64,000 nucleotides of DNA from Octopus sinensis (lineage: Eukaryota). The notes below the pieces were generated by a model that was given only the letters and a program-made list of their open reading frames with translations, was not told the DNA's origin and made no database searches. The stretch lies in the NCBI RefSeq assembly GCF_006345805.1, contig NW_021833647.1, positions 10,932-74,931 on the forward strand, written 5' to 3'. This document shows, piece by piece, positions 1-11,822 of the stretch. The translations under genes were made by a program, and so were the position numbers. Each line of letters begins with the position of its first letter. The stretch's first letter is position 1.

Positions 1-281
1 ATTTTTTTAGCGGCTCGTATTCAACCGTATCTCATTATGAACCGGTCACAATTATTATTGCACATGTCATTTTCGTTACGTCGTGATCTTACACTTTCTC
101 AAAAATTGGAAATAATCAATTTGTTTTATTCAAGGAGGCCAAACTCAGGCAACTCTATCTGCAAGATCCAACTGTTCTCAGTCTCAAGTTTCATGGATTT
201 TAAAGAATAGAGAAGAAATTATGTTATTTGCTGAATCAAAAAATTATTGATTTTTTTGGCAATATCGGATAATTGCATATA

Positions 282-1933
282 CAGTCTAAACCCTCTTTTT
301 GGGGCACCTAGTGCCCCAAAAACAGGGTTTCCCCAGATAGAGGGGTTTTCTAATATTAACGAAAAAAACTAACGTTTTGTTAATTTAAAACCAAAAGATG
401 TTTATTCTTAATTTCATTTAACAATTTTAGTCTTTACTTGTCGGCAAATGATCCGTTATTTTCGCTCCGAATTGATACTTTTGAATTAATCGATCCATAG
501 AAACTCAATTTCGGCTAATACTAATGTCAATTTTGATGATGCCGGGTGGCAACAAGCGATCCTGCCAGTCCGTCACGGCGGACTAGGTCTGCAAGCTCCT
601 TCTGTTTTGGCTCTCCCTTTCTACCTTTCTTCGTCATACCGCTGTAGTCCGCTTGTCCTTAGGATTCTTTCTCCCCCTTCCGAATCCGTTCTGGACCAAG
701 AGCTTTCTCATGGTATCGAAGTTTGGTCTTCCCGTGGCTTCGACATTCCTTGCTATCCCTGCTATACAAAGGCGTGGACGGAAACAATGTTTCTTCAGTT
801 ATACAATTCGCTATTATCCTCCTGTGATCAACACCGGCGCGCTTGTCTTTTGGCCGCATCCTCCTCCGAATGGAGTGGCGCTTGGCTCAACGCATACCCT
901 TCCGGAAATACGGGAACCCTGCTGGACCCAAAGTGTGCAGATTGGCATCTCTCTTAGACTTGGTCTGGACATCTGCTTTCCACACACTTGCCGCTGTGGT
1001 TCTGTCGTAGATCGGAAAGGTCTCCATCCACTTTCCTGTCGCAAAGCCCTGGCCGGATTCCCAGGCATTCTGAATTAAATTCCGTAGTAAAACATGCACT
1101 TGAAGCAGCCGGATTTCCCTGTCAGCTGGAGCCTCCTGGCCTTCTAAGGGAGGATGGTAAGAGACCTGACGGGGTCTCACTCTTTCCCTACAAGAACGGG
1201 AAAGCAATCGTCTGGGATGCGACATGCTCTGATACTTTCGCATCATCATGTCTTTCCTTGTCGGCGGTCGAGGCTGGCTCAGCAGCCAAGAGGGCGGAGA
1301 CGAAGAAGGCATCTAAGTACGCCTCCCTGATGGACCGTTTCATCTTCGAACCGGTGTCAGTGGAAACTTCCGGTGTACTTGGCCCGTCTACTCTCCGTTT
1401 CCTCTCGAAGATCGGAAGGTCATTGGGAAGGGCAAGGAACGACCCCCGTGAACTGATGTGGCTTTTTGAGCGCATCTCTCTCGCAGTTCTAAGGGGGAAC
1501 TGTTCCTCGATCCTCCTCTCGGCTGCGGTTCCGCCTCTTAATTAGTGATTTCTTTACCTTATAAACTGTCTCTTTTCAAAAAAAAAAAAAAAAAATCGAT
1601 CCATTGTCAAATTAATCGATCCAAAACGACCTGTCGAGAAATGAATGTTTATCACTATTATCGGGTTCTCTGAAGCCATCAGAACCTTCACATCCATCAA
1701 AATTACATCCATCAAAACAACAGAAACACGTTATTATTAGTCATTATAAAATAAAATTCAAAAATTATAACTAAAAAATATATAAAATATTAAATGCCCC
1801 ATAACGGGGTTTATCTTATAAAGAATAAACAGAAAAACTCCTAATAAAAATTCAAATTGCCCCAAAACCCGAGGGTGCCCCAAAACCCGAGGGTGCCCCA
1901 CGTCCGGGGTCGCCCCAATAAGGGGTTGCACTG
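282..1933. mobile_element. Non-autonomous pogo/Tigger-like TIR element, interrupted by a CRE retrotransposon
   Basis: TA|CAGTCTAAACCCTCTTTTTGGGGCACC at the left end and the imperfect inverse ...GCCCCAATAAGGGGTTGCACTG|TA at the right end; GGGTGCCCC subterminal repeats as in the 5542-7269 element; left end related to 46582-46790. Confidence 0.6.
499..1595 (+). mobile_element. 5'-truncated CRE-clade non-LTR retrotransposon (zinc knuckle plus restriction-like endonuclease)
   Basis: LPVRHGGLG, SGAWL, CRCG..HPLSC, RHSELN, EPPGL..DGKRPDG, WDATC motifs spread across frameshifted ORFs; poly(A) at 1578-1595; TSD AATCGATCCAT at 488-498 and 1594-1604. Confidence 0.9.
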
Positions 1934-3479
1934 TATCGGTTAATTCCATAAGTTTTTCCTATTTTATATGGATAGAATTAATGAAATTGACATTTTGATA
2001 TTGTTTCATTTAAAGGCGTGGTCCGTTCAGCGGACGGTGACATTTAATAAATTTACATTTCCCCGCGTGCCTCATAAAGTTAAAACTTCTTTTTTCATGG
2101 ACGTAACTCGATTTTCTAGATATTTTTTCGTATTGATTTCCTTTTTGCAAATAATTTTATTTTAAATCTTTTAAATTTTGTTGTCGGCCACTGTAGATGC
2201 CCCAAATTCCAATAACCGTATCTCCAATTAATTAATGTATTTGGCTGCTCTTTTTGATAAATCCGATTTCATCATGTCCAAAAGATGTTCTATACGTTAA
2301 TGTTTCTTTGGTATAGCGATTAACTGGTTGCAATCAAACAATTTTTTTGCATTGATCGGTGTCAAAAATAAAGAATTTCTCATTTTTTGAAACACTCTTT
2401 TTTCATCTTTCAAACACCGTTTTTTTTAGTTTCAGAAGAAAAATATTTACAATAAAGTAATTATTGTTGCAAATATTTCGGAACAAACTCGAGTTATCAT
2501 TCTGAGTTTAAATAATTTAAATTTTCATTGGACACATAAAGCAGAGCGTATAAAATACATAAGCCTAGTCCGAAATATATACTTTTTAGGAGGAACAGTT
2601 CGTCATGTGCGTCCAGTAAAACAAGAAGATTTTTTCCTACAGAATTTCAATATTGGTGATCACAGCATTTATAGATCTTCCTTTCAAGTTATTTTAACGT
2701 CATGATGATGTGTCCATGCTCATTTATGATAAACCCCAAATCAGCTTGACTAGGGTTCAAATTAGTGATCTCAAATTTTTCAGATTAATTTTGAGGCCAA
2801 CTTTTTCAACGATTAAATCTTTCTTGCATATTCTATTCCTGAGGTTTGCTCCGGAGGTTGAACAAGTGTTTGTACGTATGTGCCTAAGATTTTGCATGTG
2901 CCAGCCACACAGTTTTGCAAGAACAAGAGAGAGAACGAGTATGCTAGTAAATCTAATTAATCCGGAATGAATGAAGGTGCTCATTCTTTTTAAATTCTTT
3001 TATTTTTATTCATTTGCGTTCGGCTGTTTCTTAGACTAAGATTTCAACACGTTCCATCCGAGATTCATCTAGTACTTAGAATCATGGCGGCGTCACTCGT
3101 CAAGATCGAGTTTCCAGTAGAGGCAACCTTTCAACTACGGCGGTGAATCACGTAACGATTATTTCAATGGATATTGAGGAAATTAATGAGCGACTGAGTG
3201 AGAAAGTAGCCACCAAGAGACATCAGTGAAACCTGTAGAGTACACAGGCGCTGTATTCCAGCCATGAGCCTGGCAGAAATTGGCGGATAAAAAGCCAAGG
3301 GAGATAGCTGGAATCGATATCAATTACATTTTTATTTGGATTTAAATATTTTGGTAGGATTAAGTGGCGAATTATAGTCTTTTTATTTGAATTTTTTTCC
3401 TCTGGATCAGAAATTTGTTCGAGACTTTATTTTTATGTAATGCATGAGAACTAATGATATTTAAAATTGTGTTTTAATT

Positions 3480-3830
3480 AAAATATAGTTCATTTTTAAT
3501 TACATTTTGTTTAATTATTTAATTTTCAATGACAAAACTAATGAATTAAGCCACGTGTGACTACGCTGTTGATCCATTATGTAGCTCTGTTGTCTTTATT
3601 TGGTTTACCTTTATTTATATATTTAATTGGATTCAAAGGAATATTTCGGGATGTAGTTTCTTTTAATGGTTAAATTATTTGAAATTTCAACATTTTTGTG
3701 CTATTTTCCGATTTTATTTCTTTAATCGTTTTTTTACTTATTTTGAACTTTTTAAAACACAATTATTTTCATTTTTATTCATTCAGTTTTCTCTGATTTT
3801 TAAAAAATGAATTGCCAGTTTATTGAGATA
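3480..3830 (+). repeat. Dispersed AT-rich repeat with AATTAAGCCACGTGT core (copy 1)
   Basis: Colinear similarity to 17280-17660 (same strand) and to 14703-15070 (inverted). Confidence 0.75.
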
Positions 3831-3888
3831 ATTCATTCTTTTAATATAAATCATCCCATTCGATAATATTTCAAATTTTTTTCATAAC

Positions 3889-4015
3889 TTACAATTTAAA
3901 ATGTAAATTGATGCTAATCCGACCGTTGTCTACTGGAGGTTAATCTCCTTTTTTAGAGGAGGAAGTAACCAACATCACTCCTTGATCCTCTGTCTCCAAG
4001 TTAGATCTTGGCCAG
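3889..4015 (-). mobile_element. Probable 3' end of an RTE-like non-LTR retrotransposon
   Basis: Minus strand reads GQDLTWRQRIKE*, which resembles RTE C-termini, followed by a short UTR; 3889-3946 is identical to 16217-16274. Confidence 0.5.
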
Positions 4016-4039
4016 AATTCGTTGAAATCCGTGCAAGAG

Positions 4040-4140
4040 TTAACAAACTCACGTAGAGCGTGGACCTCGGCCTCGGCGCCTCCTCGGATACCAACTTCGA
4101 GCTGTGTTGGTACGAAGTACGGTAGAAATGCCCCAAAACC
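4040..4140 (-). mobile_element. CRE-clade reverse transcriptase fragment
   Basis: Minus strand ...FLPYFVPTQLEVGIRGGAEAEVHALREFV, matching QLGVAVKNGCEGAAHAMR of the 11823 element. Confidence 0.7.
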
Positions 4141-4169
4141 TGCCTTGGAAACCTGCCTTTAAATCCTTT

Positions 4170-4280
4170 TCAAAGGAAATGGCCTCTTTGTTTGTTTGCA
4201 GTTTCACTTTGCTTCTCTTTAATAACTTTGGGTACCATAACTTTGGATCTTTTTCGAGCAGTTTGTTTAGTTCTTGCCAT
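4170..4280 (-). other. 36-codon ORF starting with the histone H3 N-terminal tail
   Basis: Translates as MARTKQTARKRSKVMVPKVIKEKQSETANKQRGHFL*; the first 10 residues equal canonical H3; no histone fold follows. Confidence 0.6.
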
Positions 4281-4619
4281 TAGATTTGTGTAAAACTCAA
4301 ACCCCAGCCCCAACTACCCAGCTGTCAAAACCTGCATCTAAAGACCCGAACCACCACTCGCCCTTCGGCGGGGAAACCCTGTGCATCTGTTCTTACTCTG
4401 TCGCTAACCTTATATAAAAGCCTACAGTGCTTGACGATATCTGAAGTGACCACCTATCAATGGAGATGAAAATTCACACTAGTATTGTTAAACAAAAACG
4501 CATATCCACACACTACAGTCTCTCAAGGATAACTGGCCATACTATAGGAGCTTCATGCAAGGTAACGGTCGTCCTGTTGGCTACGATGAGTAAGTTAAGC
4601 AATTTCATGCTTCACTATC

Positions 4620-5130
4620 TAACATCGTACGGAGCATTGCCGATGCGGCTGTTTAAGGAAGTCTCCGAGGACTTACATGTGTTCCTTGCGGATCTGTTTA
4701 CGGCAAGTCTCAAGTGGGGCCGCGTCCGGATGATCAAAAAGCCTGCGAAGCCTGTGAATCTCGCTAGCAGCTACCGTCCCATAAGCCTAATCCCAACTAT
4801 CTCAAGGCTGATGGAAAAAATCATGAACAAGCGCCTCGAATTCCACGCTGAAGAGAAGAAAATACTGCTTCCGCAGCAATGGGGTTTTCTCTCTTGGTGT
4901 AGCTGCAGTGACGGTTTCATAACGGTACAGTCCACCATTTCGAGAGCAATGGAGTTCAAAGAAACTATCTTTTGTATGTCTGGACATCTCGAAGGCTTTC
5001 GACACCGTCTGGCACAGAGACCTACTGGGAAGGATCCATCTCTGTGAGCCTACAGTGGAAGTCTATCTCTGGCTACGCTGCTTCCTCTCAAATTGTTACT
5101 CTTTTATCTCTGAGTCGGGCTTCTTCTCAA
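4620..5130 (+). mobile_element. Jockey/I-like non-LTR RT fragment
   Basis: KKPAKP..ASSYRPISLIPTISRLMEK, QQWGF, and (shifted frame) LDISKAFDTVW. Confidence 0.85.
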
Positions 5131-5541
5131 GATATATTTTTTGAAAATTTCTTGAATAATCATTTGATATCTGAATTTTATACATTTTTTTAATTACACA
5201 TTTAAAGTAAGTGAATTAACTAACTAGGGCTAAAAGGTTTTTTCAAAGAGATAAAGGGTCTGCACTTTGACGCCGCGCTGCGTATTGAATGGCAGGTTCC
5301 GCGAAGCTCAGTGACCGAGAATCGTTGAAAAACCCAACTTGTCTCCCTCCAATCGTTTGTTTTCGATCCCAGAAATTTCGAACGATCTTGAAGGTGTTAG
5401 AAATGTCTGTATTTTATTTGTTTGTTCCTACGGGGATCTTGCAAGGTGATTACCCATTGTTCCAAATTATTCGTCTAGTAAGTAGACTATACTTGTTATT
5501 TAGGGACTACCACAGATAAATTGGCGTTTAAAATTCGACTA

Positions 5542-7269
5542 CAGTCCGACCCCAAAATGGGCAGACCCCAGGGGTGGGGCACCCTGGATTTGGGGCACCC
5601 CCGCAATTTGGGGCACTTTATTCCAAAAGTACATTTTGGCAGAAAAAATAAAAATCGATAAAAAATTATGGAATTTTTGGGGCACCATAAAATCATTTAT
5701 AAGGAATTAAAAATAAAATAAAATTATAATAAATTAATTTTTTTTGTTTTATTTTCAATTATATTTTTATTGTTGTGGTTATGGATTACGAAACTAAATT
5801 GAAGATTGCTAAAGAAATTTTGAAGAAAATTTATCTGAGAGGCAACTAATGAAAAAGTACAACACAAGTAAAGGAACAATATCAAGAATAAAACGAATAT
5901 TGTACCTTTCTTGCAACACGGCAATACTATTTCTGAGGAATATGACACATTTAAAGCCGATAAAGATAAATTTGATGATCAAGTCTTTGAAATATTTCAA
6001 AGACTACGCGTAGATAAAATTCCGATTTCAGGCCCTATTTTGAAAAAAATTGCCTTAGTTACAGCTTCAAAAATGGATTTACTTCTTTAAAGCTTCCAAT
6101 GGGTGGCTTGATAGATTTAAATTGCGGCATGAACTTCAATTCAAGTCAATATGTGGTGAAAAAGCTTCATGTGATTTATCTTATGTGAAAAATTATTTTG
6201 AAAAATTGACCAGAAAGTATTAAATATGGACCTGAGAATATATTTAATTGTGATGAAACTGCGCTTTTTATAAAAAGAACTCCTCAAAAATCATTTGTTG
6301 AACAAGGCGAACCGTGTTTTGGTTATAAACAAGGGAAGAAAGACTCACTGTTCTTCTATGCTGCAGTTTAATCGGGGAAAAACTTAATCCATTGATTATT
6401 GGAAAATATAAAAACCTCGGTGTCTAAAAAATTTTGATGTTCAAGATTTTGGGTTATTGTATTCATCTTCTCAAAATGCATGGATGACTGGAAAGACTTT
6501 TATGAGTTGGCTTACACTTATAAATGAATCGTTTTGCAAAAACAACAGAAAAATATTATTAATACTTGACAATGCGGGATGCCATAAAACTGCCGAATGT
6601 TCGAACATCGAATTTTTATTTTTGCCGAAAAATACAACGCCCTATTTACAACCTTTGGATATGGGAATAATCAAGATTTTTAAAGATTATTATTCCTCTT
6701 TCTTAATGGAATTTTTTATGTTTTCAAGATTTCGAAAACGATTTTACACATTCTATTGGTAAATTAAATTTGCGTCAGGTTATGATGCTAATTTCAGAAG
6801 GATGGGAGAAAATAGATGCTAAAAGTATTGTTAATTGTTGGAAGAAAAATCGACAGGAACCGTGATTCTTATGCAACAAAAAACTGTCTAACAGATGAAC
6901 ATTTAGATCAAGTTGTTAACGAAACAATTGATGGAGAATGCGAAGACATGAACAATAATGTTTATGATACATATTCAGAAACCGAAAATAGTGAAAATGT
7001 CGTAGCAAAAACAAAAGATCTGCTTAACAATTTAGAAGAAAAAATTTCTAATGTTGCACCAAGTATGCTCCGAGATTTTTTTGATTTTCGGCTGAAATTG
7101 ACGAACAATATCAGACAAAACTCTACAAATAAAAAGAAAATAACTGAATATTTTAGTAAAAATGTTTTTTGATGTTTAATGGTTTAATTTTTAAAAAAAT
7201 AACACCCCCTGTTTTTTGGGGCACCCCCGCATTTTGGGGCACTTGGTGCCCCATTTGGGGGTCGGACTG
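5542..7269 (+). mobile_element. pogo/Tigger DNA transposon with frameshifted transposase (about 5781-7172)
   Basis: TIRs CAGTCCGACCCC..AAATGGG at both ends with TA TSDs; CENP-B-type HTH (ASNGWLDRFK), FNCDET, LDNAGCH and LQPLDMGII motifs. Confidence 0.93.
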
Positions 7270-7860
7270 TATTTCCTTTTCCAGCTCGATAAAACCTACG
7301 TTCGAAATTTTTTTCAGTTCATGCAAAAATCACTTTCTTGTGACTCAAAAACTACATCTTAGCATATATCGAGCAGGATCGAAATTTTAAATTTCAAATA
7401 TTGCATTTTTAATTTCAGAAAAACAAACGATCAATAAAGATCTAAATGTTTGTATTCCGACAAATTGTATATTTCTCGAAGTTATATACTGATCATATTT
7501 CGATTTAGCATCCGCAAATATTAAATTTAGACGATTAAATAAATCAGTTGTATCTGTTTAAATAGTTTAAATAAGATTTCAATATTCGAAAAAAATTTTA
7601 TTTTTTTAACGATTGGAAAATTCAATTTGTATTCTTTAAAATCTAATTTGGTTGGCAGTTGATAATAGTTCACAATATTTTTCGGATTTTTTGTAAAGTC
7701 TTTTGCATACATAATTCTCAACAGTATCAAGTTTTGTTTTTTCATAAAGAATTTAAACAAATCAAAAATCTTTGTTAAGCGTTAACTGTTTTTCTTAAAT
7801 ATAAGATGTACTTCAATAACACCAGCCACATCTTCGTACAGGTATTTGTAGCATCGACAA

Positions 7861-9210
7861 GAATGAATGAATGATTTTTTTATTAAAACGGAAAAGCCGA
7901 AAAAAGAGAGAGAAAGTTAATGAGACAACGTATGCCTCTTCTCCGTTGTTTCCCTCTTTTTTTTATTTAATTCGAGATTCGAAAGGAAAAGGCTCTCTCA
8001 AGAACACTTCCAACCGTTTCCGTCGCGTCTTCCATCTCTTGAGGGATGGGTTGGTCCAGCTGGAGTTCATTTGCCAATTTGATGGCATATCGTCTCGTCT
8101 TTTCGAGCTTAGCGATAATGCCATCTCTCTCAGCAGTAGGGTACCATCCCTCGAACCCGTAGGTAAGCAATGGTTCGACGCACGTTTTATAAACATATAA
8201 AAATGTTTCCGGGCAAAGGTGGAAGTGAATTATGGTTTTGAGAATTTGAGCGCATTTCCTTCTCCTCGAGTCGATGTATCTGAAGTAAGAACCCTTGGAT
8301 CCAACTTCAACCCCAAGGTATTTCAGGTTCTCCGTTACTGTAAACCCATAGAGGTTTCTCGGCGGTTTTCGTTTAGCTCCCTGTTTTGCAATCTAAGTGG
8401 CGGTGCACTTTTCTTTTGCGAGCTTCAGTCCTTTTGATATATACCACTCTTCCACTCTTGTCACGTATCCTTTTAATTTCTTTCACGAGAAGTCTTTTCT
8501 CCACGAAGCATCCGTTATTAGTATGTCGTCCGCGTAGATCATGAGACGACTGGTAGGATCTTTCGGTTTTTGAATATCACCAACGTAAATATTAAAAAGC
8601 AGAGGGCTCAAGACCGAGCCTTGAGGTACCCCTCTTTTGAGATCGACAGATTCCCACAAACGGTTTCCGCATCGTATGTATGACCTCCTCATTGATAAGT
8701 AGCTCTTCAGCCAATTGACCGTTCTAAACCCGGGTTTGATCTTGGCGACACTTTCCAAGAGGCCCAGGTGCCATACGCTGTCAAAAGCTTTTGAGACATC
8801 GAGGCAGATAGCAATAGTCGCTGTATTGTTAGCAAGACTAAGCGAGATGACTTTCTCGAGTTCTCCGAAACAATCTCCACAGGATCTTTTTTGTCGGAAT
8901 TCCTACTGCTCTACTGCAAGTGCACCTGATTCCTCTAAGAAGTTCGAAAATCTTGTGAAGACAATCCGTTCCATAGTTTTAGAGACGGAGCATATTAGGC
9001 TTATCGGCCTATAGTTCTCTGCATGGTTTTTCATTTTTCCAGGCTTGGAATCATACGTACGATTGACTTTTTCCAAGAGTCAGGTACGCATCCAAGTCTC
9101 CAGCTTGCATTGTATAGTGCGGTCAAGTATCGTAGGAGAATATTTGGAGCATGTTTGAATACAGTAATTGGAATGTAGTCATGGCCGGGTGCATTGTTCT
9201 TGCAGCTCAT
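7861..9210 (-). mobile_element. 5'-truncated Jockey/I-like non-LTR retrotransposon
   Basis: YRPISL, LDVSKAFDSVWH, GVPQGSVLSPLLFNIYV and YADD on the minus strand; 3' end has AATAAA and a (TCAT)n tail at 7861-7885. Confidence 0.88.
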
Positions 9211-10025
9211 AGAAGTTTAATCCAAGATTATCATCACAAATTCTGCCACTTATCAAAAAACGGGATGCCCTGAAGAAAATCAAGTCCAATGACTCATATC
9301 ATACTATACGTTCGTTGAATATTAAAATTTCTGAACTGATCCGGACTAATAACGGACTCAAGTGGAGTCGCCTCGTTGGAAGATTATGTCACAGAAATTC
9401 CTGTGCCACCTTCTGGAAAACGCTAAGAAGGATCAATTGCCTTATCGGTGAACAGGACGGAGGAACTGAGGTCGTTGCCCACAATTCCTCGGAACCCGCT
9501 CGCAAACAAGATTATGAAGTACTACGTATTGATCATAAAGATTTCTCTGCACTCCACATATTGAACGGCTCGGACCGCGACTAGAACCGCATTCCAACTT
9601 CTTCACACCAGATAATGTTGACAAGGCTATTAAATTTCTACGTCTCACCCGTGCTTGTGGCCCCGACGGGATTTGTGCTGTTCACCTCAAACACCTGGGA
9701 CCCCGGGCACGGACCGTACTATCAAGAGTCTTGATCTTGATTCAAGACTATATAACGACTCCATCAACTTACGTACGATACCTAATATATGGAAAAACTC
9801 CCTAATTACGCCAATTTTAAAGCCTGGGAAACCAAAGGATGTTCCTTCTTCATACCGCCCGGTCTCAATAACTTGTGTTTTATCGAAAGTATTGGAAAAG
9901 CTTATATTAACGCGAATCTCTCCTGTTCTACAATTGTCAGAATTTCAGCACGGTTTTAGACCAGATCGTTCTACAACGACCCATTTGTGTTCTGTCTCCC
10001 AGTTTATTACTGACGGTTTCAAGAG
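9210..10025 (+). mobile_element. Jockey/I-like non-LTR RT fragment (sister copy of 62575-63775)
   Basis: IPNIWKNSLITPILKPGKPK..SYRPVSIT, QHGFRPDRSTTT; nearly identical in nucleotide sequence to the minus-strand copy near 63.3-63.7 kb. Confidence 0.88.
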
Positions 10026-10159
10026 AAATTTTACAACTTGATTACTGGAAAAATTACCCGCAAATTAAAATTAAGGATATTTATAAACAATTGTTTTAAA
10101 CAATGTTAATTTTACGTTAAAATTACAAAATTCGATGGCTAACAAAAGTAACATACTCA

Positions 10160-10360
10160 CATGGTCCCGACGGCATTCCTATAATTCTCCTGAAAAACAT
10201 AGGGAATCAGTGTTCTCACAAAAATTTACAATTGGTCGATTAACTACAACTCAATCCCAACGATTTGGAAATTGGCGAACATCCGCCCAATTTTGAAGAG
10301 TGGAAAACCAAAACAAGACCCGGCCTCCTTCAGGCCAATTTCCCTATTATGTTCCACTGC
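10160..10360 (+). mobile_element. Short non-LTR RT fragment
   Basis: GPDGIP, IWKLANIRPILKSGKPKQDPASFRPISLL. Confidence 0.8.
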
Positions 10361-11027
10361 AAAAGAATTTGTTTGTTGCTCCTTGGCTCTTAATTGTTCC
10401 AAAGATATAACCGATACAGAACAACTAGTTGTTTTTGTTAGAGGGGTTTTACCGAATTTTACTATTTATGAAGAATTTCTGTCATTATCGTCACTCCACC
10501 TCTCTGCAAAAGGAATAGACATATTTCAAGCACTTTGTCGAGCTCTTGAAGAAGCAAGTCTTGATCCTTCGAAATTGATTTCTGTGTTTACAGATTTCTG
10601 TGTCTACAAATGGATATAGAACTGGCGGCATTGTTCAAAAATGCGCCCATTATTAATTTTTACGAATTACTTCCTCGTGACAAATTTAAAAATATAACAC
10701 AAAATGCATATATGAACATCTCAATGTTTGGATCTACATATCTATGCGAATCAATATTTAGTAAAATGATTCGCATAAAAAATAAATATCGTAACAAACT
10801 CACCGATAATCACTTGAGTCAGCTTTTACGAACTTCTTCGAGTTTACTTATTCCGGATTTCAAAAACTTAATAAATAAATAATATTTTCTTTTTAGTTAC
10901 AACGCCTTTTTTAGATACTTTCTTTTTAGTTACGGCTTGGAAAATATAAAAATATTTTTTGTGCGGCCCGCGAAGCTAATCTTAATTATCGATTTGGCCC
11001 TTGAGCTAAAAAGGTTGAGAACCCCTG
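10360..11027 (+). mobile_element. Internally deleted hAT (GTF2IRD2/Spin-like) fragment with right TIR
   Basis: SKDITDTEQLVVFVRGV and FGSTYLCESIFSKM..KNKYRNKLTD motifs; terminus GGTTGAGAACCCCTG ending at 11027. Confidence 0.85.
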
Positions 11028-11029
11028 CT

Positions 11030-11797
11030 CTAACAGAAGATGAGGAGCTTTGTCAACTTCGATATAACCGCACATTAAAAATTAAATTTACTGAAATGAC
11101 GACAGATAAGTTCTGGATTTTGATAAAAGATTCTTATCCTTCAATTTTTAAAAAAGCAATAAAAATATTGCTTCAGTTCTCAACATCATATAAGTGTGAA
11201 CAAGCTTTCTCTTGTCTCGTCGACATTAAATCAAAAAACAGAAACAGGTTGTTATCAGTTGAAGATGACCTCCGCGTATGTTTGTCGCAAATTCGTCCCC
11301 GTCTGGAAATTTGTTTGCACATAAACAAGCACTTTGGTAATTTTTTGTTAAGTTTCTTGGATATATTAATTAAAAAGAAGGTGTCGGTGCAGGCGCAGTC
11401 CCAAACAAGGCACTTCCCGTTGGTGTACGGGAAAATTAAAAAATTAAAATATTCAGAGCTCAAGGACAGGTTCATAGTGCAACCGATTATTGTGGAGTCA
11501 TCTGGAGTCTTCGGTCAGGAATCAATCTCTTTCATTAGGAAACTTGGATCCCTGATCTCGGTTCAGACGAAAGATAGAAGGGAGACCGAATGGCTGTTTC
11601 AACGCCTTTCAACAACCGTTGTCAGGGGTAATAGCCACGCTATCCTTTCTGCTCTTAAGCAACCTTAATTAACTTATATTTTCTTTTGTTAATACCATTA
11701 ATTAAAAAAACATTTCTGATGAATATTGATTTTTAAGTGCCAGGAGAAAAAAACCTAGTTTTAGGTACCGCGAGCACAAAAAGGTTGAGAAACGCTG
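11030..11797 (+). mobile_element. Buster/Charlie hAT 3' fragment carrying an inserted CRE 3' fragment (about 11380-11710)
   Basis: FWI..YP...KILLQFSTSYKCEQAFS dimerisation motif; terminus GGTTGAGAAACGCTG; internal KYSEL..VESSGVFG..WLFQRLS..RGN CRE tail with a short A-rich end. Confidence 0.75.
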
Positions 11798-11822
11798 GGT
11801 TAGACTATAAAAAAATAATTAT

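Noticed and set aside
3889-3946. Small ncRNA or spliced-leader gene (58-bp exact duplicate)
   Set aside because: No Sm site or donor arrangement was recognised; its position after an RTE-like stop codon fits a retroelement 3' UTR.
10937-11668. Novel hAT-endonuclease fusion protein (243 aa)
   Set aside because: The ORF runs through a TIR and joins partial domains; it is a chance in-frame junction of fragments.
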